A DNA stretch of 64,000 bases from Squalus acanthias (Eukaryota), in contig CM059431.1 of NCBI GenBank assembly GCA_030390025.1, forward strand, positions 50,902,001 to 50,966,000. The letters run 5' to 3'. Under the pieces are notes generated by a model, which had not been told where the DNA came from, did not search any database, and was given only the letters and a program-made list of their open reading frames with translations. The position numbers were made by a program, and so were the translations under genes. Position 1 is the first letter of the stretch, and each line of letters begins with the position of its first letter. Below are positions 1 to 12,236 of this stretch, one piece after another.

Positions 1-199
1 TTAGGTAACAAGTTTTGAATACAATGTCTAGTGCCACCTCATTGGGAGAACCTCTCTCACCAGTGACAGATCGCTTCTGTCACCTCACCTGCAGCTGCCA
101 TCTGTTCCAGCCTATGGAGGGAGACATTGGAGAGCCTGGGTACAAGAGCTCACCTTTGTACAGTGATTGTCAGTGTTTGCAGCACCTCAATGCTGTCAA

Positions 200-448
200 A
201 CACTGAGAAATGAGCTGTCAAAAAAAAATTGTGCGTGGTCCCTTTAAGAAAACCGGCAGATGACACGTCATCAAATGACGTCATCTGACCGGCTTCCTCT
301 TAATTGGCTGGCAAGCCCACAGGGCAGGCTTAACAAGGTCAGTCAGCGTAAAATCACATCCGTGGGCCGGATACAGTTGGGGGCGGGACTGGAAGCAGGA
401 AACCACCTGACCCGCTCCCAACCCACATCCATTTGCAAAATCCCGGCC
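200..448. mobile_element. Right arm of a Harbinger-type non-autonomous element
   Basis: GC/CpG-rich patch ending aaaatcccggcc, similar to the other TIRs in the window. The left end was not identified. Confidence 0.45.
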
Positions 449-886
449 AAAATATTTACTTAATATCATCACCACACCTTCATCTCCACAGCTAGATTCT
501 GCTCATCATGATACGCCTCCTGTTTAAGCTTCAGTTTAATTTTAATCTCTATTTATCAAGAGAAGTCCGTTCTTTGCTACACCCTCTTTTTGCCTTATAG
601 GAACAGATCTATTTTTTACTCTACCCATCTCATTTTTGAAGATTTTTCACTGCTGATCTATTGTTTGCTAATTTTTCTGCCCTTTTAATTTGGCCAGATA
701 CTTTCTGATCTCGCTGAACTGTGCCTTTTCCAGTCCAGCACCCTTATTTTTAACTCTTCATTATTCTTTAGCCCATCATTTACATGACAAGGATACTGAA
801 TACAGAATCATGCAGGCCTTTTCAGGCATTTGTAGCATGAAAGAGCTGATCTGGTTGCTATTGTCTCACTTTACATAGACAGCATC

Positions 887-1095
887 AGGGTAATTTTCCT
901 ACTTCTCTCTTCCGACGGGGAGCCTCACTCTACAAGAGCACATTTCAGAAATTTGAGCATGTGCTTTGCATCATTTTCCAATCATTTAAATGCTTGGGCA
1001 GAAAATCGTGCTCAGAGTGTGCATTTTAAATTTCCGTTATGTGCGGTTGGCAGGTGAGGCTTCTTGCCAGCAACATGAAGGCGGAAAATTACCCC
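887..1095. mobile_element. Short MITE
   Basis: Perfect 12-bp inverted repeat GGGTAATTTTCC at 888-899 and 1083-1094. Confidence 0.65.
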
Positions 1096-3024
1096 TCGTG
1101 TCTTCCAATTTTCCAACCTTTGTCTCCCAGTTAATATACCCTTGCTTGTGGGGTCACTTTATACATATGAGCCAGACAATGTGGCTCAAATTTGTATGAT
1201 ATAAAATATTTGTAATTTGTCCTTTTTTTAAGTGGGTTAAGTTTGTGCGGATTAAAATGCAAGGAGAAGGAACATTTCCTCGTGATATTATCAAGTATGC
1301 CCGGCTTAGGTATAGCACAGGATAAGTTTCGGGCACAATACTAAATACTGTGTCTCACCATATCCCGACCTCAGAAGACCACTCTGCCGTACGAGTGCGT
1401 TAGTTCCATTTATGAACCCTGTTTTATGCTCCCATTGGTTTTTCCCTCAGATTAGGGGTGGAAGAGAATTTATCTGCAGAGCCCAGAGGTCAAAAAGCAG
1501 CATGCTAATCTGCTGCATCACTCGATTGATCGGTTTTTATAAACTTTAATAAAGCACTTAAACAAAATAAAAATGTGACAGTTAAGATATTTTAATAGCA
1601 TTTTCTTCCAATGCTATTGTATAATTTCACCTTCTTTAAAGCTATTTCTACTATGTGCTCGCAAAGCAAGACAAAAATTGCTTCCGGAATTCTTTTGCTC
1701 TAATAAATCCATGCTACCACAACCATTGGAGAATTAATGATCAACTGACATCTATTTAAATGTAACACCGATATGAGTAACTTATTAATTTTTACCCTTT
1801 AAAACCCTGATATACGATGTTGGTATAAGCGTGATTACAATAGTTTCATATTTTGTCATTGAATGGAATAATTAACCAGTGTGCATTGCTTATTGTTCTT
1901 TTTCACTGGGGTTTTAACCTATAGCAATTTCAGATGAAAACCTTGTGCTTTTTGTGCACATTATTTAATCCTTGTATGTATGCAGGCTCACACATCCCTG
2001 CAAACAATTAAATCACCCTGACCCACTCTGGGACAGCAGACCTGCAAGTGTTATGTGAGCAGTTCTCCTCCCCTGCTAAGTATTATTGACAAATCCATCA
2101 AAGCCAGTGATGCATTGGCTTCCACCTACCCCAGCAGGACACTAGGGCAACTGTGACATGCTGTCACCGTGGTAACTATTGCTGAAGTGAACAGCCTGTT
2201 GGGAAGATGACCTCTGTTGGCAACATGCCTGGAGGTGTTTTATTCGTGTGGCAACCATGTCACCAGGGCCCAAAGGAGAGGCCTGGTGCCCTGCAATTGA
2301 TCTTTTCAGCTTCAAAGTTATTGATCTCTCCAATTTGCAGGAATTTATTATATTGATACCAGACTGATTAACATTTCATGCCAGAGCTGTTCGATGTGAG
2401 CTTGTAACAGCTTTTAATGATTAATTGACTTTTATGATTCCATCTCAGTGCTGTCAGCTGTGAACTGTGGGCAGACTCATTCCCAAACTGCCTCTCCTGT
2501 GACACAGAGAGAATGATTGAATACCTGGGAAACTATTGCTTTTACTGTCTTATTTTATGAAAGATAAACACTAAGGAAAAATTGATGTTTGATTCAGAGT
2601 TTAATCTGGAACAATACTTTAAATTTATGTCATAACAGTGCACATAAGTGGTTACTATATTCTGAGACAGAGTTTAAAAGAATTCAGTTCAGAGTTCTGC
2701 TTACAGCGTGGTAGACATGACCTTCAAAATGTAAGCTAAAAGTCATTTATTGAAATGGTATATAATTCATATAAAAATTGCCACAACAGATCAAAACTCA
2801 ATTTAAACTTTAAAGTCAAGGAATACTGAAGTTCACTGATGTTTTCTGTGCTAGAAAAATGCTGAATGACCACCAGAAGTACAGGTCATTCTTCCTCATA
2901 TTCTGGTCTTTTCTGTACATCTGCTGCCATTAACTAGTAGAGCAGACCAGTAGGCTATTTCCATGGTAAACAAAATGAATTTGCCGAGAAGTTAAGTTAA
3001 AAAAGAAGTATAGACTATCTTTCA

Positions 3025-3130
3025 AGTCTCCCTAAACCTCTCCGCATCTCTACCTCTCTATCCTCCTTTAAGATGCTCCTTAAAGCTCCAAGCTTTTGAT
3101 CATCTGCCTTAATGTCTCCTTATGTGGCTG
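3025..3130 (+). mobile_element. L2-type LINE 3' fragment
   Basis: Reverse-complement similarity to 42350-42465 (ctccctaaacct...tcctcctttaagatgctccttaaa). Confidence 0.65.
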
Positions 3131-3539
3131 GTGTGTGTAACCTTACTCAATTTTCCAATGGGTGACTTTTGGAGAGGAAGAGGAAGCCTCAATTAAATTA
3201 ATATGCGAAAATAGTCCCACACTGAATGTCACTGGTTTGGGCAATGCAAGCGCTGTGGGCACAGGTGATGAGCAGGTGAGACTTTCTTTACATTGCTTCA
3301 TAAAAGGAGTTGGTGGTTCTTCAGACTGCGCTTCAAATTGCACTTTTTGTGAAGGGAGCATTTGTAAATGCAAAGACACAATGGGGGTGTATTTCAGTGT
3401 GGGTTCTCTGGCTTGTCTGCTGTAACTTTGGCAACAAACTGGGATTCCATGGCTCTTCTGCCAAAGTTAATGCGGGTGAGCAGAAGAACCCCTGCAGAAA
3501 TTCACCCACTATGTGTACACATAGGACCCATATCCAAGG

Positions 3540-4330
3540 ACCCATATTTATAGATCACGCAACTCCTACGTGACATGTCAGAGGAGATCTACCTTTGGCA
3601 TCTCCACTTCAAAGTCACCAAGGTCTGTGCAACAGGATCCTTCCAGAAATTTGTATGGAATATCTGCCAGATAAACCAATCTGCAGTTCATTCCTGCATA
3701 AAGGAAGTGACCAATGCCATGATTGATCCCTTTGTCATTTTCCGTGGAGACATCTACCGGAGAGGATCCAGAACCTTTATCACATGGCAAGCTTCCCCAG
3801 AGTCATGGGGATTATAGATGGAACCCAATTTGACTGTAGCGATTTCCAACCCCAGTGCACATGGAAAGGAAAGGATACCACTCCATTAATGTGCAGGTGG
3901 TTTCAAAGCACAAATGTCTTCCTGTATGTTATTTCCTGCTATGCAGGAAGCACCCACAGTTTATTTTGCAGCAGTCCATGGTGCCTGTATTATTTGAAGG
4001 CGCTGAAAGTTGGCTTTTGAGAGACCAGGGCTACCTTTTGCACCCAGAGCTCATGAGCCTAGTTAAAACCCACACACAGCAGCAGAGTGCAGATACAAGG
4101 AGGCCCATGCCACCACCTAAGTGACTGACACTGGGCTGTTGAAGCAACAATTCTGCTGCTGAGTGAAATGCTGATGTAAGGTGTGCAAAATCATTACTGT
4201 CTGCTGCCTGTTATACAATGTTGCCATTCAAAGGCGGATGAGCTTGAGGCTAGAAGATGAGGAGGCCAATGGGGCAGCAGGCCCACACACGTACGGAGCA
4301 ACAGCAGCAACAACAACTTGAGCTTGAACC
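3540..4330 (+). pseudogene. Older Harbinger transposase relic
   Basis: Fragments across frames: ATGSFQ, FPRVMGIIDGTQ, RKGYHSINVQVV, YAGSTH, WLLRDQGY, LLKQQFCC. Confidence 0.8.
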
Positions 4331-4399
4331 CACAACCTTCTGACTCAGAGATGAGAGTGCTACCACCTAAGATCTCAAATAATGAAAGATACTTGTTGG

Positions 4400-5250
4400 G
4401 TGGTGACACCATGCCTCCAAGCTTGGCCTTTTTAATGCCTTGAACCATTTTAGGCATTGAGTGATGACTATCTCCTTATGTGGAGTAAACTGCTTCCGGG
4501 TTGCAGGGCCCCACCTGTTGTGGTCCTCTCCTGGTGGTTGTGCACATCCTTGGCCTGCAAGCAGAACACAGTGAAGAACATCAGTGAGACTCATACAACA
4601 CCCCAAATAGCACCCCTGTGATCACAGCACCTTCCTCCCGGGGCCAGCAAGGTGGATAGTGTAGTGTTTGTGGTGGTAGTAATGAGTTAGAGTAAAATTT
4701 GCAAGTACTAATTAAAAGGTGTTACATTTCCCCACTGCATGTGCCCTTCAACTTGTATTTCATGCAAATGTTTAAAGGGAAACAAGAGCAAATTTTTCTC
4801 CCTGGGCTGCTACTGGGTATCTGATAAGCACAATGCTCTGGAGGTGCGCTGTACCTGTGATGGGAGGAGTCTGTTTTATTTTCCTGGCCCAGCTCATTTG
4901 CATGGCATAGGCACACTCTTGGTGTGTGCCTGCCTCTTGTCAAGGCCTTGCATTGGGAGCGGGGGTGGCAACAGAGCAAAGCTGAGAGGTGAGAGGCAGT
5001 TTGCAGCTATGCTCCTGGTCCACCAGCATTGAGACCCATAGATCATCCTTGGGGGTACGGTTGTAGATACCATTTGTCATCTTTTTTCTTCAGAGTTTTC
5101 CCAGAAACCCTGTAGACTTCCAGTTTCTGAAGGATCCTGGCACAGCCCCCACCATCAGGGTTCTTGGGGTGCCCTTCCATTTGGGTGCTCCACAGTATAG
5201 CAAAATGTGGCAGAAGGGTTGGGACTGTCCCCTCCCACCTCCTGTACATT
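4400..5250 (-). pseudogene. Relic Myb/SANT-like partner gene of the older Harbinger
   Basis: Minus-strand acceptor ttgcag| at 4554 followed by AKDVHNHQERTTTGG, which resembles exon 2 (AKVAHNRREQER) of the 16.8 kb copy. A VSTTVPPR-like remnant lies near 5050-5080. Confidence 0.55.
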
Positions 5251-5387
5251 GTTAGGCTGCACCTGTGCCCAGTCCAGACACAAGTCCTGCCATCTTAATT
5301 TAGTGAAGCTTTTCATTCCCAGGTGCAATGAAGAGGAAAATCTACCCCATCATGTTTTCCTAAGGGGCAGGGAGCAGCACATCCTGT

Positions 5388-5750
5388 GTGCCACACCTTC
5401 CCAGGAGAGAGGGGCAGCATGTGTCCCAAGGAGAGTCCACTTACCTAGGCACTACTGTGGATGCCAAAAAACATCTTTCATGTTTGCTGCCAGGTTCGCT
5501 GGACCTGAAGACACCTCACGCGTTCACCAGGCATCATGAATATCGGCATATTGAAGCAGAGGTTCTGCTGTCTGGATTGCAATACAATCCTGCAAAGGTC
5601 TCAAGGATCATCGTGTCTTGTTGTATTCTCTATAACATGGCCATTCAAAGGGACATCCACCTGGAGAAGGTACAAATTGAGCAGGGGGAAGAGGAGGAAC
5701 CGATGACTCACCAGATGACAAGAATAAGGAGGCAGACAGAGCAAAGGTAG
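5388..5750 (+). pseudogene. Internally deleted Harbinger transposase fragment
   Basis: LQYNPAKVSRIIVSCCILYNMAIQR followed by an acidic stretch, matching the C-terminus of HARBI1-like transposases. Confidence 0.7.
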
Positions 5751-5751
5751 T

Positions 5752-6130
5752 GAAGACAGATGCAAAGTACATATTTAGTACCTCAGCCATGCCCTCTGCC
5801 TCCACAAGAAGATTTCCTTTTTGGTCCCCAATCGGCCCCACTCTTCCTTTGACTGTCCTTTTACTCTTTACATATTTATAAAAGACTTTAATAGTCCCAT
5901 TTATGTTACCCACTAATGTTTTCTCATACACTCTCTTTGCCCCTCATTTCTTTTTTCAGTTCTCCTCTGCACTTTCTGTATTCTGCTTGATTCTCTACTG
6001 TATTTATAACATTTAACCTAACATTTATAACAAGCCTCCTTTTTCTGTTTTTAGTCATGTAGCTTTGGATGCCCTTCCTTTCCCCGGCATAGGAATATGT
6101 TTAGTCTGTACCTGAACGATCTCCTCTGAA
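5752..6130 (-). mobile_element. CR1 LINE ORF2 fragment
   Basis: YEKTLVGNI...KVFYKYVKSKRTVKGRVGPI...MAEVLNMYFASVFT is typical CR1 ORF2 sequence. Confidence 0.85.
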
Positions 6131-6544
6131 GGCCTCTGAGCATTCAGAAGAGAACCTAAGACTGCCATCAAGGTCCCAGCTGGGGCTGTGTAGTGGATGG
6201 CCCTGGAGCAGCCATTCACTCCAAAGATGTCTGCCTACTTTCAATATTGTATATCAGCCTCTCACACATGCATACTTGATGCCATGGTGCAGAAGCTACT
6301 AGGCACATCATCAAATGACTGCAACAATCTGTCATGCTCTGAAAGCATTCTCCTTTTAAATGCAGGACCACAAAAATCCCTTTGCATTAAGAATGAGTGT
6401 GGTGCTCAGTTGCTGCTCTTTCATGCATTATATCCTTAAGTGCAGTTTCTGTGGCTTGTGACCAGCGAGTGTTTCCGAGATGGGCATGAGACCATGTCAT
6501 GATTACATAATGTTACATCACAAGCAAAGAATAGTGAGTGACAG

Positions 6545-6816
6545 GAAGGGAAGGTCATGCTCGACCAACCTTATTGAATTCTTTGAAAAAGTAACAGAAA
6601 GAGTACACAAGGGTAATGTAGTAGATGTAATATATTAAGATTTTCAAAAGGCCTTCGATAAGGTACCGCATAGTGGACTCATGACTAAGGTCAGAGCATA
6701 TGGAGTCAGGCGATAAGTAGCAGAATAGATAGCAAGCTGGCTACAGAATAGAAAACAGAGAGTAGGGGTTAAGTGTACCTACTCAGACTGGCAGAAGGTG
6801 GTAAGTGGTGTTCCAT
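6545..6816 (+). mobile_element. CR1 LINE RT fragment
   Basis: Translates to GRSCSTNLIEFFEKVT...DFQKAFDKVPH...WLQNRKQRV...VSGVP with internal stops. Confidence 0.85.
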
Positions 6817-7159
6817 GAAGATGGGGGGGGTTATGGTTGTTTAATGTGTGAGATGTGTTCTTCAGATATGCATTGTAGAACACTGGGTTTCCTGTGCTTC
6901 GTGAAGAGACAAGAATATGACTACATAAGCATACTTATTGATTTTGGGAACTGTATTGTTCTTACATGCACTAAATTGCACATACACTAGCTGATCTCCC
7001 GTGGCATTGCTTATGGGTAGTCTTGGGCATGGTTGTGATGTTTAGGTCATAAGATGAAGATGTGTTTAAACTGGCCTGTCTGTTTGGGGAAATGAGTCAA
7101 ATAGGTATATGCTAAAGTGAATTAGAGGCTAATGGCTATTGCTGAGGGAAGTTTCTATA

Positions 7160-7343
7160 AAAGAAAGAATGAAAGACTTACATTTATATAGCGCCTTTCA
7201 TGACACTGGATGTCTCAAAGCGCTTTACAGCCAATGAAGTACTTTTGGAGTGTAGTCACTGTTGTAATGTGGGAAACGTGGCAGCCAATTTGCGCACAGC
7301 AAGGTCCCACAAACAGCAATGTGATAATGACCAGATAATCTGT
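7160..7343 (-). mobile_element. Deu-domain SINE 3' part (SacSINE1/AmnSINE1-like) with L2-type tail
   Basis: Minus strand reads cacattgctgtttgtgggaccttgctgtgcgcaaattggctgcc...aaagcgctttgagacatcc...gaaaggcgctatataaatg. Confidence 0.75.
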
Positions 7344-7589
7344 AGATTGAAGCTGGTTCTTTCCTTTGGGGAGAGACTAGATTTTGAAGGTCAGAAAGAA
7401 CTAACAAGAAGTAACTGATATTCTTTCTCTTTTTTTCAGACTATTGTTACAGTTTATTCATTTGAGCCAATCAGATGCAAGGGTAGCACATACTTTGCAT
7501 GTAAGATGCTTTAAAATGTGACACTGATGTGTGACATATATGTGCTTGACTTAAGACATTTATATAGATCTTAAGCAACTGCTACATAC

Positions 7590-8160
7590 CTTCATGTCTA
7601 CAAGGTGGCAGGTGTTTCCTGCCCGAATGCAGCAGTGAGAGGCCCAGACCATCTGCTACTGCCAAATGAGCAGTCTGAGGCAACTCGATGCTCAGGGAGG
7701 GCGTGAAATCGGCCAGCTCATATTCCGAGCCGACTAACAGTATGGACCTGCAGTAGGGAAGCGATCCCAAGGGAAACGTGCAAGGACTGAAGTACTTTTG
7801 TAGGGCTAGGAGAAATTAACCAAAAGAAATTTTGGCCATTTTTGGAGCGGTCTGCCTTATAAGGAACGCTGGTTAGACCGCGCCACATCAGAGACCAATG
7901 AGTGGGGCATGTGCAGCCTATTGGTACACAAACATTGCGTCAGGGTCCTACAGTGGACACAGGACCCTAATTTAAATATTTAAATAAGGCTACTGTCTGT
8001 TTTGGTTGAGAGCGCTGAACACCCAATTTTGAGGCCCACTTGAAAATCGAGTCGGGCGGGCTTCGAGCAGCCGGTGGGTGGGTCTCTTTTTTCAAATTTT
8101 AATTTGCCTACTGCCTATTTTCCAGTGTAAATGGGGCAGTAAGCATATGAAAATTAGCCC
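7590..8160. mobile_element. Degenerate Harbinger-type non-autonomous element
   Basis: GC-rich patch ending aaaattagccc (compare aaaatcagccc at 22248), with an internal palindrome atttaaatatttaaat. The left TIR was not seen. Confidence 0.45.
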
Positions 8161-8967
8161 CAAAATATCCTATATTGCTACTTTACAGTAGTATTCATGC
8201 CTTACTTTTGAGCTTTTTTGTAAGTTGTGCTGCCTCTTTCGGACATCCTGCCAGGTCATCTGAGTCTTTGATACCAAGTTCACTTTGTCAGTGACATGCT
8301 GCCCTGCTTGTTGCTTCCTTTGCATACTAGGAGACTTTACTGTCCCACCAAAAATATACTCACATTTCTCCATAACAAAGATTATTTGTACATCCAGGGC
8401 CTAGTTGGTAAAACAGCTTTTTTGAACTTGACATTGTACAATTTGCAGAAAATATATGCACTGTAAAGTTGGAACAGCAAACTTTTCTACATTTATACTG
8501 GTTAAGTGACTAGCTGCTTAAGCATTAAAAATCATTAGTACAGGTATGTCATGATAGGTTGTTATTATTCCTGCTAACAAAATTCAGGAATTGCACTTTT
8601 CCAAACTACTTTTTGGTGCAATTTTGTTAGTGAGTCATAAATTACAATGAAAAATTGATATTTCATCCAGTTTGTTTTTTCAGAGGCAAATATGGCCCTT
8701 GATCTTTCGTTATATTCACCCATATTTCTCAAACTGTACTGGTAACTTTACTTGAGGACAGATTGAGCTTAACAGAGATAGTTACCAGATGTGTTCTAAT
8801 GTATATCAGAATTCAAGGTTATTATTATTTTGCATAACCATCCATAGGGAATATAATTTAACATGACTCTTTAGGTGGATAAATCAATAACTTTATGGGT
8901 ACACTGCTGAACTCGCACCTTTCTTTACTCTGCCTGCATTTCTTTCTCCAAGCTTGATAGAGATCAA

Positions 8968-9787
8968 GGGGGAGAAATTCGGTATAGCCCTGTTTGGGGC
9001 GCTAAAACTTTAAAAGTTGAAGAATTAGCGCCAGGTGCTAATCATTGTCGACTCCCGCAAAATTTATTGTTAGCGCTCCAGGAGGGAAGTGGAGCACTAA
9101 ATCAAACGCTACACTCCTAACTTAGGGCACCAACCTCTGAGAACAGGATGTTACCGGCACTCTTTAATCACACAGGCTGTTTCCATCTCTTAAAGCGAAG
9201 GGCCAATCATGCTGTATAACCTCATAGTCATCAGTGGTGTTTTTCAAGGCGACCTGGGCGACTGCCATTGCAGCCCCCCATCACTTTCAGAAAGTGCAGC
9301 ATTTGGAGATGTTTGAGGAAAAGGTGTAAAAAATTTGTGCAGGCAGCAGACTGGTGCAAGTAATAAACAGTGCAATTACTGAAAGTGCCTTTTTTGCGAT
9401 GTTCAAGCGACACGGAAGCATTCCCTTCAATTACCGCTCCTGCAGCGCACTTCCCAGTGCACAACGCCTCCTTTTACTGGCGTTGTCAGCGCAAGGTGCT
9501 AAAGCAGGGGGCAAAAGGTGCTAAAGCAGGGGGCACAAGGTGCTAAAGCAGGGGGCAAAAGGCAATTTTGCATCGGGGCTGTTAACGGGGCGTTGCACAC
9601 GCATTGACGTCACCATGTGAGAGGTGCTAGAGGCCTAGGCGCTAACAGTTAGCGCCAGCACTAATTCGCCACTGAAGGTTGCGTGCAGCGTTGGATTCGC
9701 CGTGGCTGGGCGCTAACCCCTTAGCGCCCCGTTAGCGCCCCCGCCAGATGCTAATGGGAGGTGCTAACCTACTGAATTTCGTGGCCC
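8968..9787. mobile_element. MITE with GGCGCTAA/TTAGCGCC subterminal motifs
   Basis: TIRs GGGGGAGAAATTCGGT / GGGCCACGAAATTCAGT. It contains three tandem 22-mers (aaggtgctaaagcagggggcam) at 9493-9558. Confidence 0.75.
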
Positions 9788-11806
9788 TAATATTTCCAGA
9801 TTTGCCATGGTGGAGAGATAACAATAAACTCTGGCAAGTCATGCTCCCACAACTACAATCTCTGATATTGGCTATGTATCAAATGATTTTGGATTCCCCC
9901 TCCCACACCAGGCTTTGTCCCACTCCACTCAGAAAATCTTGGCTCTGGCTCCAAATATGCCTTTCACCCTTTTGTCTCTGACCCGCTAAGGCCCTGCCAT
10001 TTTATCTGCATGGTTGTTTTTCTCAGTACAGGCCGTTCGTGTTTTCCCATGTCAATTAGAGTAAGATCTTAATCAATGTTTTTTCTTCATCGACCTGGAA
10101 CATGAAGGCAATAGACATGCAACTGGCCTTCTTGTGTATTAAGGAAGAAATAGTGCACCCACTGTCTGAAGTCATTCCCATGTTTGTTTCTTGATATCAG
10201 GACCACCATATCAGAACAGTGGCACATTATACTTGCAACCTGATTATTCTTCCAATTTTCTTCCCTCCAATCCTGAAGGTGCCAACTCCTGCTGGTGTAT
10301 GATTTTGTGAGCACCAACAGTTCCCTGGTACCTCATCCAACTGCCTATTTTTCACGTGTGAGTCTGCCAGTGAGTGTCAGCATACCTAACCACAGGGATA
10401 GGTATCAAAGCCAAGCTCAGTTCTGTTCTCCTCTGACATCCACACATGGACGCTTTCTAGCAGCAGTCACTCAGTAGCAATCAAGATCAGGAATCCTAGC
10501 ATATTTTTCCCTTCTCTCACTCAGAGGTGCTGAAGCCAATTGTAATGTCCCCAACTACCATTCCAGCTGAGATCAGCTAACTAACTCAGATCAGAGATCA
10601 AATGTGAGATCTTCCTGGACACTGATTGGTTGTTTACTCCATGAGTCATGGGGAGAGCACCAAAAAATGGACACATTTGTTGTGCTATTGCGATTTATTC
10701 ATCGGTATTATTGTTCAATAAAGTTAAAAGCGGGTGAACCAGTCTGCATTTCCTATGTCCACAGGCCGATTTTGTTACTATTTCTTCTGCTCCTGTACTT
10801 CTCTCTTGCACTACAAGTTCTTGATTTACTACTGCATATTGGTAGGATTATTTGTTGGATCTAATCACAATAGCACTTCAGTTGAGAATCTATATAATCT
10901 ATCTGGAGAGCTCAACAGTTCAGTCACTAGCTGAAAGCATGTAGTTTGCATTATGAACCCTCTCTGAAAAGCTCCACAGGTCAATCTCCAAATGTAGCCT
11001 GACATTATAGTGGCCACTTTTCCCAGTTAAGTTTGAAGTCTCTGCTGTTTTCCAAACTAATTAAATATTTAAAAGACAGCCAGTGGCTACATTATCCCTT
11101 CTCTTAGAGGCACAATCTGTGGAGCAATTGCACTGTCTTCTTCTGGAGCATGAGCAATTGATAGTTTCTTGCAGGTATCCTGGACATTGACTTTGACAAA
11201 ACTCGAGGAGTATTCTTCCTTGCCGTGTTGAAGTAAAGGCCAAAGCTGTGAATTTTTAACAGAGATTCTGCTACTTAAATTAGGATATAGTAGTAGTTGC
11301 TGATTGATTTGACCATGATACTTATAAACAAGTATCTATGGTAAGCATTGCATTTAATTATTTGCTGTAATAAAATACGTGATGAATGGTGCATCTTCAC
11401 TAGACCGTAGCCTATTGGTGCAGTATAATTTACAATAAATTCAAGATCTACAATTTCTTTTTCCAAGCTTCTCCAAATTAAGCTCGAGTTCATTGAAGCC
11501 AAGGATACTTGCATGGCATTATTTGAAGCATCTGTTATTTGTTGCTAGTATGAATGCACCTTCCCTTGTTACATAATCAGAGAGGATCCCTGTGATCGGA
11601 AACATGTATATTTCATTAATTATCTGATACCTTGAGCAAAGTTCGACTCATGAACCATTAAGGTAGCTATTAATTACTATGGTACATAAAATGTTACATT
11701 CAGGATGATGTACAATGCTATTGGCAGTATGTGCTTCTACAGGAGTCTCCAGGTTTGTTTTATTATTCTGCTTCCAGCATTTACATTCATAGCCACAATG
11801 ACGTTG

Positions 11807-12236
11807 GCATAGTGGTTAGCACTGGTGCCTCACAGCGCCAGGGACCCGGGTTCGAATCTGACCTCGGGTGACTGTCTGTGTGGAGTTTGCACATTCTCCC
11901 CGTGTCTGCGTGGGTTTCCTCCCGGGTGCTCCGGTTTCCTCCCACAGTCCAAAAATGTGCGGGTTAGGTTGATTTGGCTATGATAAATTGACCCTTAGTG
12001 TTAGGGGGGGATTAAATATGTGGGGTTCTGGGGATAGGATGGGATATGTTAGGGGGAATTAAATACGTGGGGTTACGGGGGCAGGGTGGGATATGTGTAC
12101 TGTGGGGATTAAAGCAGGGACAGGGTACTGGATTTGGATGATCAGCCATGATCGTATTGAATGGCGGAGCAGGCTCGACGGGCCGAATGGCCTACTCCTG
12201 CTCCTAGATTCTATGTTTCTATGTTTCTATGTTTCT
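11807..12236 (+). mobile_element. tRNA-derived V-SINE (shark HE1-like) with CR1-type 3' tail
   Basis: A/B boxes (tggcatagtgg; gggttcgaatc), V-domain (tgtgtggagtttgcacattctccccgtgtctgcgtgggtttcc...tccggtttcctcccacagtccaaa), gggccgaatggcct tail, (ttctatgt)n end, and a 9-bp TSD ATGACGTTG at 11798-11806 and 12237-12245. Confidence 0.9.

Noticed and set aside
9493-9558. Three 22-bp direct repeats (CRISPR-like at a glance)
   Set aside because: Head-to-tail with no spacers, inside a MITE in vertebrate DNA; a simple slippage duplication.
10300-10625. Possible ancient SINE-like repeat on the minus strand (similar impression at 14690-14920)
   Set aside because: I could not assign a family or boundaries without a database search.
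11807-11870. tRNA-like sequence with A and B boxes
   Set aside because: It is the head of a V-SINE, continuing into the V-domain and tail and bounded by a TSD; there is no complete cloverleaf.
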